64,000 nucleotides of DNA from a virus, in IMG/VR virus record IMGVR_UViG_3300009093_000008, positions 2,282-66,281 of that record. One strand, written 5' to 3'. Shown piece after piece: positions 1 to 8,874 of the stretch. Made by a program: the position numbers and the translations under genes. Every line of letters begins with the position of its first letter. Position 1 is the stretch's first letter. A model generated the notes under the pieces. It saw only the letters and a list, made by a program, of their open reading frames with translations, was not told the DNA's origin and made no database searches.

Positions 1-171
1 GTGCCGCACTTGCACATAGCGCATACGGTCTTGTGGGCTTCTGCTCTGCACAGGCCGCACACCGAGCAGATAGCGCCGAGGTCGCCGCCTTTGAAGACGG
101 GCGTACCTTCGTAGCGCCCGACTGCTGCGGGGGTGTAGAAGCCGTACGGATCGTTCGGCCAGAACAGGCCG

Positions 172-456
172 TTAGGAGGAGGCACGATGTTCCTTCCAGG
201 TGAAGTAGGCGGCGGTTCCGATGATGGCAGGAGCATAGCCCCACCACCCGAGCAGCGTCAACGAGGTGAAGAACACGGCCGAGATCACGCATACAGTGGT
301 GAAGTTGCGGATGATCTTCAGATACAGGGCGCGACGTTTCCACTTCCGCCGGTCCGCCGCTATGGCCGCGCGTAAACCCGGATCGTCAGGCCACCCGCGT
401 TCACGCTTCACGTCGGACCACTTGTAGGTCACTTCCTGTGCCGCGCTCTGTCCCAC
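172..456 (-). CDS. hypothetical membrane protein
   Basis: 94-aa ORF with two hydrophobic C-terminal segments; starts 40 nt downstream of the AAA ATPase gene on the same strand. Confidence 0.6.
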   Translation of the reverse strand: MGQSAAQEVTYKWSDVKRERGWPDDPGLRAAIAADRRKWKRRALYLKIIRNFTTVCVISAVFFTSLTLLGWWGYAPAIIGTAAYFTWKEHRASS

Positions 457-496
457 AGGATGAACGCGACGATCATAGCGGTGATGATGAGCAGGG

Positions 497-1714
497 TCAC
501 AGGTAGTGTCCGATCGCAGTCTCTGCTTCTTCGACGGTGTGCCCGCGAAGTTCGGTCTCGGTCTTCAGAGCATACAGCTCCGCAAGCGAGTGCGGTGACG
601 CGACGTCCTTCCCGAGCCACTTCGACGCCTGCTCGGCCGGAAGCTTGTCCACCTCGATCTTAGCCAGACACCGCCCGGGCCGGGACACGGCCGGGTGGAG
701 CTGCTGGATACGTTCGTTCGAGGTGATGAGGAACATCACACGCATGCCCTGCCCGAGGATCCCGTCCGCCATGTTCAACAGCCGCGCGAGAGACTGCCCC
801 GTCACGCCGCCCTCGCGGGCGCACAGCAGCTCGCCGGAGTCTTCCATGACGAGCACACGCCACGGCACCCTGGCGCCGCCCGGCCCGTTATAGTGATCAC
901 CCATGGCCAACTCGAACAGGTAGTTCGGGTCGCCCCACAGGTTCTCCGGATCCACAATGCAGTGGAAGGTGGACCAGTCTTTCCACGCGTGCGCCAGGCT
1001 GCGGATCATCGTGGTCTTCCCAGTTCCGGCCGGGCCGTGCAGCAGGATGATGCGAGGGCCGTTCGGGTCCGGGTGCTCGATCTTGTGCAGCTCGGCGAAC
1101 CGGGACTGTACTTCCGTGTCGTAGTTGTCGCTGATCTCTGACCAGTGCGGAACGACAATGTCACGATAGGACGGCTTCGGGCCCATGCTGGTTGCGCGCC
1201 AGAAGTAGAACGGCACCAGGTGTGACCGGTCTTCTTCCTTGCCCATGGGAAGCTCGCCGTCGAGCTTGAGGCGCAGTCCCTTCAGGATCTTGTCGGCGCG
1301 GGCCGAAGAGTCCGCCCACACGCTGATAGATCCGAGACACCGGTTGCCGTCAGAAAGTTCCACGCCGATGATCGCGCCCCAGTCATCGCCGAGGCGGCAG
1401 GATGAGAGAAGGCCGGGTACGGGGGCTTCATCGCCGGGATAAGCCCACGTAGCTACCTCGGTTCCCATCAGATTCCTGTGTGGTTTCACGAGACGCGAGA
1501 ACCCGTCCGGCTGCCAGCGGCGGAAGTGGCGGAACCGCTTGTATAGCTGCGCCATGAGGACCGTGGTCATGGACAGGTCGTCGCCGTTCAGCGCGATGTC
1601 CGGCGCTTCCAGGCCGATGCGACGCATAAGCTCGTCAAAAGCGTCGGGAAGGGGAATGACAATGGTCATGTTGTCGGGGATGTCAGTGGTCATGGTCATC
1701 GGCTGTCTGGTCAT
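497..1714 (-). CDS. AAA+ ATPase (BCS1/DUF5925-like)
   Basis: Walker A GPAGTGKT, Walker B VLVMED, LLNMADGILGQG and second region of homology PAVSRPGRC; start set at the ATGA overlap with the upstream stop (1711-1714). Confidence 0.85.
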   Translation of the reverse strand: MTRQPMTMTTDIPDNMTIVIPLPDAFDELMRRIGLEAPDIALNGDDLSMTTVLMAQLYKRFRHFRRWQPDGFSRLVKPHRNLMGTEVATWAYPGDEAPVPGLLSSCRLGDDWGAIIGVELSDGNRCLGSISVWADSSARADKILKGLRLKLDGELPMGKEEDRSHLVPFYFWRATSMGPKPSYRDIVVPHWSEISDNYDTEVQSRFAELHKIEHPDPNGPRIILLHGPAGTGKTTMIRSLAHAWKDWSTFHCIVDPENLWGDPNYLFELAMGDHYNGPGGARVPWRVLVMEDSGELLCAREGGVTGQSLARLLNMADGILGQGMRVMFLITSNERIQQLHPAVSRPGRCLAKIEVDKLPAEQASKWLGKDVASPHSLAELYALKTETELRGHTVEEAETAIGHYL

Positions 1715-2073
1715 CGGCTGTCCTCTTCCAGTTGATCCCAGTCGGTATCCGGATCCATCTTGTTCAGCAGGACGCGGGGGAGCACGATCACCCGTTCCCA
1801 TTCCCGAGTGTCGTACCCCGGTTCGGCGGGCTCGTTGAACCAGTACGCGCTACACGCATTGTAAGGGCTGTTCGGGGTCGCGTAGTTGAGGCGGTAGTAG
1901 CCCGGCTCGAACGGCGGTTCCTCCACGATCTCCTCGATCTCGGCTTCGTCGGGTACGTAGATGTTCCGCCCCGTGCTGTCGATCGCGTACTTATGGCGGG
2001 GTGTGGCGACCGACTGCACGAATCCCTCGTCGGTGGTTTCCATCTCGTAGGTGACCCGGAAACGCTTGCTCAT
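1711..2073 (-). CDS. hypothetical phage protein (paralogue of 61888-62235)
   Basis: MSKRFRVTYEME...PPFEPGYY; ATGA overlaps at both ends. Confidence 0.65.
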   Translation of the reverse strand: MSKRFRVTYEMETTDEGFVQSVATPRHKYAIDSTGRNIYVPDEAEIEEIVEEPPFEPGYYRLNYATPNSPYNACSAYWFNEPAEPGYDTREWERVIVLPRVLLNKMDPDTDWDQLEEDSR

Positions 2074-2366
2074 CGCACCTTCTCCCATCTGACGAACTTC
2101 GACTCCTTGCCGCACGTAGTGCACTCCCACGTAAACATCTCGCACGACTCGTCGAACATGTCGCGGTGCTCTTGGCAGGCGTAGCCGGGACTGGAGCAGT
2201 AGTGGGACATGACGCACGTCCACAAGGCGACCTTCGTACAAGGGTCCTCACAGAGATCACACATCGTGTCCCGGTCGGGGACCTCGAACTTGTACATCTC
2301 ATTGAGGATTGTGGTCTCGTACTCGCGGAGCGCGCGAGAGATGTGCTCGTAGGGGTCACCGATCAT
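2070..2366 (-). CDS. hypothetical Cys-rich (zinc-finger-like) protein
   Basis: CDLC, CQEH and CTTC motifs; coupled to neighbouring genes. Confidence 0.6.
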   Translation of the reverse strand: MIGDPYEHISRALREYETTILNEMYKFEVPDRDTMCDLCEDPCTKVALWTCVMSHYCSSPGYACQEHRDMFDESCEMFTWECTTCGKESKFVRWEKVR

Positions 2367-2586
2367 GGCTGGCTCTGAAGGCCGCACGCTTGAGATGGTC
2401 GGCGTACTCCCGAAGGGCCCGAGCCGTAGCCAGGCTGTTCCCGATGGCCGAATTCTGGGGGTCGTCCGGGTGCCGCTTGGACGCACCCCGGAAGGTTTCC
2501 CCCTGGGGCGGGATCACCTCCGCCACGGTGACGTCACCGACGCGGTAGATCTCGACGTTCAGCCAACCTTTGATGTCTGGTTTCAT
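2356..2586 (-). CDS. DUF1876 / Rv2632c-like dsRBD-fold protein
   Basis: Motif GASKRHPDD..N.AIG.SLA.ARAL typical of this actinobacterial family. Confidence 0.7.
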   Translation of the reverse strand: MKPDIKGWLNVEIYRVGDVTVAEVIPPQGETFRGASKRHPDDPQNSAIGNSLATARALREYADHLKRAAFRASHDR

Positions 2587-2807
2587 AGTGCTTCCCTTTC
2601 CTGGTTCTCTTCTTCTGCCGCCCTGGCCTCATCCGACCCGGCGTCTAGGTTGTCGGCGTGACGTAGGAACTCGGCCACCATCTGCGCGACGTCTCTGTTG
2701 TGCCACTCGCCATAGTCTTGCAGCGGAGTGCCGACGCGGAACCGGGTCACCTTCCAGCGGGACAGCACGCCGTTGACGATGATGGGTCGCACCTCATAGC
2801 CACTCAT
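2583..2807 (-). CDS. hypothetical protein
   Basis: MSGYEVRPII...; ATGA overlaps with flanking genes. Confidence 0.55.
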   Translation of the reverse strand: MSGYEVRPIIVNGVLSRWKVTRFRVGTPLQDYGEWHNRDVAQMVAEFLRHADNLDAGSDEARAAEEENQEREAL

Positions 2808-3091
2808 CTTCCAGCCGTTCCGTGGCGATGCTTCGCGACAAGCCTGATCAGGCTCTCCTCGTCCGTGGAGTTGAGCCACGCCAGGCACTCCGCACAGTTG
2901 TAATGCTGGGAGTGCTGGCGCCTCAGGTCCGCCAGCTCCTCGGCGGTGTCGCCGTGCAGCCCGGTAAGACACGTGTTGCACGAACCGTGGAACCGCTTGT
3001 CCCACCCCTCCGTGACGCGCGGCCCCGTCCCGTACACATGGCTGAAGTCGAGATCATCATCAGCGCCCGATCGGTTGTTCGGCAGGGGCAC
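2804..3091 (-). CDS. hypothetical protein
   Basis: 95-aa ORF with CNTC/CAEC; stop overlaps the next start. Confidence 0.5.
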   Translation of the reverse strand: MPLPNNRSGADDDLDFSHVYGTGPRVTEGWDKRFHGSCNTCLTGLHGDTAEELADLRRQHSQHYNCAECLAWLNSTDEESLIRLVAKHRHGTAGR

Positions 3092-3470
3092 GACGACTCC
3101 TTACCTTGCTCTGAAGCCACAGCGCCTCCACCAACAGCGTCTCGTAACACTCCAGCGTGTCCGCGTCGCCCTCCTCGTCGGCGAGCGCACGGGCGTACAG
3201 AGCCGCGTCCAGCGTCTCCTCAAGCGCGTCGCGGAGAAGGTCACGGCCGTTGTGCGACTGAAGGCCCGGAACGCCGTAGCGTTGCTCTCCGAGCTTCTGC
3301 CGCTCATCCAGCAGTTTCAGCAGGTCGTCGAAGTCCTGCGTCACGTGGACGTCGTCGATCTCCGAGCGACACCCCGCCAATTCCTCACGGATGAGATCTT
3401 GCACGTACGGCCGGTCGTTCTGTACGGGCAGTTGCTGGTCTTCCGGTCGTCCTACTCCGATTGGACTCAC
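3060..3470 (-). CDS. all-alpha NTP-pyrophosphohydrolase (MazG-like) phage protein, putative
   Basis: ERQKLGEQRYG..LQSHNGRD.LRDALEE.LD.ALY motif recurrent in phages; GTGA overlap start. Confidence 0.55.
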   Translation of the reverse strand: MSPIGVGRPEDQQLPVQNDRPYVQDLIREELAGCRSEIDDVHVTQDFDDLLKLLDERQKLGEQRYGVPGLQSHNGRDLLRDALEETLDAALYARALADEEGDADTLECYETLLVEALWLQSKVRSRRAPAEQPIGR

Positions 3471-3655
3471 TCCCTCTCGTCGTCCACGATTTCGTGGGTG
3501 CAGATCAGTTTGCCGTTCTCGTTCTTGTAGCGATGGGTCATGCCGACTGTCCAGCCCTCGGGAAAGGTCTGCCGGTTCCACGCGTTCAGCTCGTCCCAGT
3601 CCTTGAACGTCTTCGACCACGGCGTGATCGTGGAGCGCGTGATCAAGGTGAGCAT
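3467..3655 (-). CDS. hypothetical protein
   Basis: MLTLITRSTI...; purine-rich RBS upstream, coupled downstream. Confidence 0.5.
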   Translation of the reverse strand: MLTLITRSTITPWSKTFKDWDELNAWNRQTFPEGWTVGMTHRYKNENGKLICTHEIVDDERE

Positions 3656-4029
3656 CCTAATTCCTCTTCCACCTCGCTGAGGACCGGGCACGGCCACGGC
3701 GTATGCGATCCACAGCCAGCACACGTCGTCACGCCGTACTCTACACGCATCGGCCAGTGGACATAGAAGACGTCCAAACGCTCTTGGAAGTCCCCGGATC
3801 CCATCTCTCCACCCCGGAAGGAACGCCGCAGCGCCGCCCTGCCTCTCGCCCAGCGCCCCTGTGCCTCGGCCAGAGCTTCGAACTCGCTGCTGCTCGCCTC
3901 AGGGGCCCTGAGGCCAAACATCACCGCATCCAGCCATATCCCGCGACCGGCGGCACGGAACACCTCCCGCGTGCCCTCGTCCCCGAAGTCGTGAGGCTTG
4001 AAGTCGGCGAAGCGTTGCCTACCGCTCAT
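3643..4029 (-). CDS. hypothetical protein
   Basis: 128-aa ORF with C-terminal CAGC...PWPCP motif common in actinophages. Confidence 0.55.
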   Translation of the reverse strand: MSGRQRFADFKPHDFGDEGTREVFRAAGRGIWLDAVMFGLRAPEASSSEFEALAEAQGRWARGRAALRRSFRGGEMGSGDFQERLDVFYVHWPMRVEYGVTTCAGCGSHTPWPCPVLSEVEEELGCSP

Positions 4030-4795
4030 TCGGATACATCTCCCGGAGGTCTTCCGTCACCGCCTTGTGCGTCTGACCGCGCACAATAGCCAATACCGTA
4101 GGGTACGCCACGCCCATCTTCCTGGCCAGAGCCGTGGCCGAGATGCTGGGGTTCTCGTACGCGACCATGTAGATCTCTCGCACCCGGGAGGCTTCGATCT
4201 GGACGTTGCCGCGAATCGGCACGAACTCCTCAAGGATGTCCGCTATCCACTCCCGATGCCACCCGCCGCAGCAGATGTTCCGCACCGCCGACAGGGAGTA
4301 GCCCGTCAGCTCGGCGACCGTCCGCGCGTCCTTACCGTCCCGGCGGACCATGAGTGCGACCTCGCGGAACTCCTCGCGCGTAAGGCGCGGCTCCCGCAGC
4401 TTCATCGGAGCCTTAGCGATGTGCTGAAGATTCACACAGCGGTGATGGCCGCACGTGGGATTCAGCCGGGTAGGCTTCTTCAGGGTGGGGAAATACAGAT
4501 CGAGCAACAGCCGGGCAAGCGCACGCTGCGCCACCGGGGCACGGGAGCCGACAGGGCCTTTGACGCCCCTCGGGTAAGCGATGATCGGCCAAGAGATCTC
4601 GCTACGGGTGGAGAAGCTTGGGTCGCCATAGAACAGGCAGCCCTCCGGACTTACGGTGATCTCCTTCAGGACCGCCACCAGACGCTTGCGGCGCCGCTCG
4701 ATCAGCCCGACCGTCTCGCCCTTGATGACAGGCCTTGTGGTCTTCAGCCACTCAAGGAGTTCAAGCCCCCTCAGTTGCGCCGGAGTCTGAGCCAT
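4019..4795 (-). CDS. His-Me/HNH-like zinc-loop protein with tandem HTH domains
   Basis: PTCGHHRCVNLQHI resembles the homing-endonuclease Zn loop; two HTH-like segments (TVAELTGYSLSAV, ALARKMGVAYPTV). Confidence 0.6.
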   Translation of the reverse strand: MAQTPAQLRGLELLEWLKTTRPVIKGETVGLIERRRKRLVAVLKEITVSPEGCLFYGDPSFSTRSEISWPIIAYPRGVKGPVGSRAPVAQRALARLLLDLYFPTLKKPTRLNPTCGHHRCVNLQHIAKAPMKLREPRLTREEFREVALMVRRDGKDARTVAELTGYSLSAVRNICCGGWHREWIADILEEFVPIRGNVQIEASRVREIYMVAYENPSISATALARKMGVAYPTVLAIVRGQTHKAVTEDLREMYPNER

Positions 4796-5340
4796 GGGTG
4801 AGCCTTTCGATTACGTCATCGAGGGTGGCGTCAAAGTCATCCGACTGGATGAGTCCGACGAGATCGATGCTGCGTCGCGCGGAACCGAGTTCGTATCCAC
4901 AGTCCCTAACCAGCGACAAGCAGTCTAGTGGCTTGGAGTCGGGTTGTCCAAGGATGCCCAGGCGACGACATAGCGGGACAGCGAACACCGCAGAAGTCAG
5001 AGGGTGCACCATGCGGGCCCAGCCCACACCAGGGGCACAAGGACGACCGCAATGGGTGCACATGATTGACATGCGGCAATTATATCTTGCCGCCGGAAGC
5101 GAAGTGCACGACAACCCAGGTCAGAAACCCTGCCGTGAACACCTTGCTTGCCGTGGGATGCGGTGTGGTTGACGGGTGGAATCCCACACATGCGAACTGA
5201 GCGTCGAACCTTCCTCGGCGAGGTACAAGGTCACGGTTTCGAGGATGACACCGGCAACCGCCCAGGCCGCCCATGCCGCCGTGGCATGATGACGCTTCAC
5301 AACCTTACGGCGTACCTCTTCCACTGATCCCGTCATCGTT

Positions 5341-5589
5341 CTACTCCTCTTCAGGGAAAGGCAACAGGTCAGCGAACACGACCTCCTGCCATGGCCATTC
5401 CCCGTGAGGCCAGAACTCGACCTCACGTACCTTCGTCTCCGCCGACTCGTAGTACGCGATTCGCCGGACGCGCGGACACTCACGGGCGTGGTGGCCGCCG
5501 CAAAACACACACTGCGGTGTGTCTTCTACCAGCTTCCACGCGGCAGCCAACAGCTCCGGAGTCCACTCCGGTTCAGGCTTCTTCCGCAT
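5341..5589 (-). CDS. hypothetical zinc-knuckle-like protein
   Basis: CVFCGGHH..ECP; GGAGG RBS upstream of MRKKPEPEW. Confidence 0.55.
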   Translation of the reverse strand: MRKKPEPEWTPELLAAAWKLVEDTPQCVFCGGHHARECPRVRRIAYYESAETKVREVEFWPHGEWPWQEVVFADLLPFPEEE

Positions 5590-5802
5590 GGAACCCTCCG
5601 CACTTACACCCAACCGACTCACGTAGAAAGAACATTACGTAGGTGTCGCCTAGGGCGTTCGTTGAAATCTTCAACTCTTCGCCAGTGCAAACCCCGAAAA
5701 CCCTATCCCCGTGGGCAATCAGGGGATGGCCGCACTGGCACATCCGCGCGCCATCCCCGTTACCCCCAAAGAGCACGTACCCGTATGCGTGATCTTTGAT
5801 AC

Positions 5803-6036
5803 TCAGCGCGCCCGTAGAACGCTCGGCAGGCTCGCAGGGCGTCGCCCGCCACATACCCGGCCCTCCCCGAGCAGGCTCTTGGCGCCCTTGATGTACTGGT
5901 CCCACGTGTACGGACCGGCCTCCGGCCACACTTCTTCCTGATTCAGGTAGATTGGCTGGTTGATCTCCAGCGGGCCCAGAGAGCGCAGGAACTCCGCTGC
6001 ATGCTGGCGCCCCATCTGAAACGGGCCCATCATCAT
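5803..6036 (-). CDS. hypothetical protein
   Basis: ORF coupled to 6033-6260 by an overlap. Confidence 0.4.
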   Translation of the reverse strand: MMMGPFQMGRQHAAEFLRSLGPLEINQPIYLNQEEVWPEAGPYTWDQYIKGAKSLLGEGRVCGGRRPASLPSVLRAR

Positions 6037-6260
6037 CCCTTTCGGTACGGCTCATTCTCGGAATCCGGAGTGTAGGCCGAGAGCGGTTCTCTGCCGCCGC
6101 GAGCCTTGCGCACCATCCTGGCAACGCGGCGCCGGACGGACCGGCTGGCTTCCTTCTGCTCATCGATCACCGCCACGGTCGGACTCGGCTGCGAGTAGTT
6201 GCGCCAATCGACGGAGCCCGAGAAGAAGTGGTCCCGGTTCTGGTACTTGCGTGTCCCCAT
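6033..6260 (-). CDS. hypothetical protein
   Basis: 75-aa ORF, TGATG-coupled to the upstream gene. Confidence 0.5.
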   Translation of the reverse strand: MGTRKYQNRDHFFSGSVDWRNYSQPSPTVAVIDEQKEASRSVRRRVARMVRKARGGREPLSAYTPDSENEPYRKG

Positions 6261-6598
6261 CAGAGCTGAACGCTGGTCTCCGGAACCAGCCGCTCACTGG
6301 TTTCCGGGGCGTCCTTCTCCGGGGGGAGCTTGTCCGAGACGAGCCGGGCGTGCGAGCCGAGCAGGTACGCTTCGAGGTCCACGGCGAACCCGAACTTCGC
6401 GGTGTCGCTCTTGGCCTGCTGCGTCTGGAGGGCGGTCTGGATCGCCCAGATACGCGCCTGCCGGACGCCCATCTCTTCCTTCAGCTGGCCATTCTCTTCC
6501 TCCAGCTCGACGATGCGAGCGGCTGCGAGCTTGAGCGCCGCCTGCGTCTCTTCGAGCTGGGCCCAGCCATCGTCGTGCTTAACGTCAACGTCGGTCAT
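6260..6598 (-). CDS. hypothetical coiled-coil protein
   Basis: 112 aa with heptad-like segment; GAAAGG RBS. Confidence 0.6.
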   Translation of the reverse strand: MTDVDVKHDDGWAQLEETQAALKLAAARIVELEEENGQLKEEMGVRQARIWAIQTALQTQQAKSDTAKFGFAVDLEAYLLGSHARLVSDKLPPEKDAPETSERLVPETSVQL

Positions 6599-6676
6599 TA
6601 GGTTGCCTTTCAGGGGGGGGGACAGGGTCGAGAAAGTATCGCCAAGTGAGACTATCCCACGGGAGATGGCACGCGG

Positions 6677-6970
6677 TCAAGGTTTGCGGAGCGGGCGGAT
6701 GCGCTGTAGATATGTCTGCCGCTTACAGTGTCCGCACTGGAACGCACCAAAGTACTCGCGATCGATCGCGCGTACTCGCTCGGCGTGTGCGTCGCAGAGA
6801 AAAACGACCCGCTCGCCGCACACACAGGGCCTCTGCGAAAAGATGGGGCAGAACGTGACACGCCAGATCGCCGCCTGCGGGCAGTCGGTGACGAACGTCC
6901 CGCACGGTTCCTCGTGCGACTCGTCGGTGAAGGTGATGACGAGATCTTCCAGCGCAGTACTCATGGGCAT
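6677..6970 (-). CDS. hypothetical Cys-rich protein
   Basis: Multiple Cys/His pairs (CDAH, CGHC). Confidence 0.55.
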   Translation of the reverse strand: MPMSTALEDLVITFTDESHEEPCGTFVTDCPQAAIWRVTFCPIFSQRPCVCGERVVFLCDAHAERVRAIDREYFGAFQCGHCKRQTYLQRIRPLRKP

Positions 6971-7130
6971 CCCTTTAGACAGGAGGTGGGCGCCTTTAGC
7001 CTCGGGCGCCCTACGAGGAGATACGGATCACCCCCTGATCGGAGCGGCAACCTCTTCCATGATGGCTAACAGCTGCTTCATGGGCATCACTCCAATCAGA
7101 GAGGGACTGCATTACATACAGGGTAACGCA

Positions 7131-8657
7131 TCAGGTCGGAGCATGACAGAACGGGCAGGCCTTCGGATGGGACGCGAAAACGTACCCTCGCGCACAACGC
7201 TGACACGTTACCGTGCCGTACGCCGCCGCGTAGTCCATGGACTGTAGACCCTTCAGCTCCGTGATGGCCCAGACGAGGGCATCCAGACGGTCCGGGCTCT
7301 GCGACGAATGCGGAGTCCACCGCGTCATCTGAGTTTCCAGATCGGCGAACGTACCGTAGTGATGCACACGGCCTTGGTTGTAGAGCGACGCCACCGGCTC
7401 CGCGCGCAGGGCCTTACCCCGCGACGCCCGGACCGTCCGCACCGGAACGTTCTCGTCAACCGTGGCGATGAGGCTGGGGACCCAGTCGGCGCCGTGGTTC
7501 ACCTCGGCCACGATGCAATCTGCGTGCCACTCGTTGTAGGCCTTGATCAGCTGGTGACACGCCTGGTTCGGCGTGCCCTTCAGCGAGTAGTCCGCGAGTA
7601 TGTAGCCGTGGCCGTTGTAGTCCACGCCCGCGACGACGATACCGTGCTCGTCGGAATCCGGGTTGTCCGAACCGGCGGGGTCGTAGCCGACCACGACACG
7701 TTCGAGCGAGATCAAGTCCAAGTCGTCGTGCCAGGTGCCCGCAGTGTCGAGCCACTTGCCCTTCAGGCGCCCGGAAGAGATCATGTCGCGGGTCCACAGC
7801 GCACCCTCGATGTCTTCCAGCAGCTGACCCTCAAGCTCCTGAAGTCCAAGCCGCGTGCCCTCGTACCGGCGTTTCATCTCGGCCAGGGCGATGGCGGACA
7901 GGTTGTCCTGGTTCTCGAACGTCGTGCCTCGGGTGAGGTGAACCGTCCCGTCATCACGGCTCACCAGGTCGAGCATCAAGTCAGTAGGACGCGGGGTGGT
8001 GGTTACTACAATGCGCGGGTGCAGGCCCTTACGGACCGCCGGGACCAGCGCCGCATACCACGTCTCGCTATACCGCCAGGAACCCAGCTCGTCACACCAG
8101 GCGCCCGACAGGTTGTAGCCACGGACCTTCTCCGGGTTGTCGGCGGTGAACCCGTAGATGACGGAGCCGTTCGGAAGCGACAGCTCCAGCTCGTTCCGGC
8201 GGTAGCCGTAATCGATCTTGGCGTTCTTCAGGGCCGGGATGATGGCGTTTCCGAAACAGGTCTTCTGGCACGCGTTGAAGGTAGGGGCCAGAACGGCGTA
8301 CTCGCCGGGCTCCGTGATCGCACGGGACAGGATCCAGTTCGATCCGACGAACGTCTTCCCGATGCCACGACCGGCCATGAGAAGCCAGATCATCCAGTCG
8401 TCATCGACCCCGCTACAGCCACAGGAGAAGCCACGGGAGTCTTCCAGGTGGTGCGACGGATGCTCAGGCGGAAGCTGCTTCGGTCTGGCCAAGTCGAAGT
8501 AGGGAAGCGGCGCCTTGGCCTTGGCTTCCCACTCCAGCTTTGCTAGAAGCTTCTGTTTCGCGTCAAGCGGCCAGCTACGCCAGTCGTCATAGGACTGGAC
8601 AGGTGGAAGCTCCACCCGGTGGACGTTGACATTCGGGTCTTCCGGATCGAGTGCCAA
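7131..8657 (-). CDS. terL: terminase large subunit (Terminase_6-type ATPase + nuclease)
   Basis: Walker A AGRGIGKT, Walker B GAWCDE, TTTPR coupling motif, nuclease VVGYDPA...D, C-terminal SPDRLDALVWA. Confidence 0.95.
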   Translation of the reverse strand: MALDPEDPNVNVHRVELPPVQSYDDWRSWPLDAKQKLLAKLEWEAKAKAPLPYFDLARPKQLPPEHPSHHLEDSRGFSCGCSGVDDDWMIWLLMAGRGIGKTFVGSNWILSRAITEPGEYAVLAPTFNACQKTCFGNAIIPALKNAKIDYGYRRNELELSLPNGSVIYGFTADNPEKVRGYNLSGAWCDELGSWRYSETWYAALVPAVRKGLHPRIVVTTTPRPTDLMLDLVSRDDGTVHLTRGTTFENQDNLSAIALAEMKRRYEGTRLGLQELEGQLLEDIEGALWTRDMISSGRLKGKWLDTAGTWHDDLDLISLERVVVGYDPAGSDNPDSDEHGIVVAGVDYNGHGYILADYSLKGTPNQACHQLIKAYNEWHADCIVAEVNHGADWVPSLIATVDENVPVRTVRASRGKALRAEPVASLYNQGRVHHYGTFADLETQMTRWTPHSSQSPDRLDALVWAITELKGLQSMDYAAAYGTVTCQRCARGYVFASHPKACPFCHAPT

Positions 8658-8665
8658 TGACCCCC

Positions 8666-8851
8666 TTACAGGTCACGGCCGCGAGCGCGGAAGACTTCCC
8701 TTACCTCGCCGAGGTCCCAGATGCGGGCACACTTCAACTGAACAGGTTCCGGAAACCATGGCTTCTCTGTGAGCTGGAAGGCGCGCTGACGTGACACCCC
8801 CAACATTTGGGCGATTTCGAAGACGCCCCCCACGTCGAGCTTACTAGTCAT
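8666..8851 (-). CDS. AlpA/excisionase-like HTH DNA-binding protein
   Basis: MTSKLDVGGVFEIAQMLGVSRQRAFQL...FPEP....RIW; no RBS, TATAGT 7 nt upstream (leaderless). Confidence 0.8.
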   Translation of the reverse strand: MTSKLDVGGVFEIAQMLGVSRQRAFQLTEKPWFPEPVQLKCARIWDLGEVREVFRARGRDL

Positions 8852-8874
8852 GGAAGCAACTATACTAGACGTCA
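8851..8874. promoter_or_regulatory. bidirectional leaderless promoter (overlapping -10 hexamers), putative
   Basis: TATACT (+, 8861-8866) lies 7 nt before ATG 8874; TATAGT (-, 8864-8859) lies 7 nt before ATG 8851. Confidence 0.6.

Noticed and set aside
497-1714. AAA ATPase as the proteasomal ATPase Mpa/ARC, completing a Pup operon
   Set aside because: No N-terminal coiled coil or OB domains, shorter than Mpa, motifs fit a different AAA family, and it is 7.6 kb from pup; kept only as a speculative link.
6613-6621. G9 homopolymer as a phase-variation switch
   Set aside because: Single intergenic run in high-GC DNA upstream of an RBS; no evidence of length variation from one sequence.
8666-8851. 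Excisionase implying an integration module or att site
   Set aside because: No integrase or att-like repeat in the window; lifestyle cannot be determined here.
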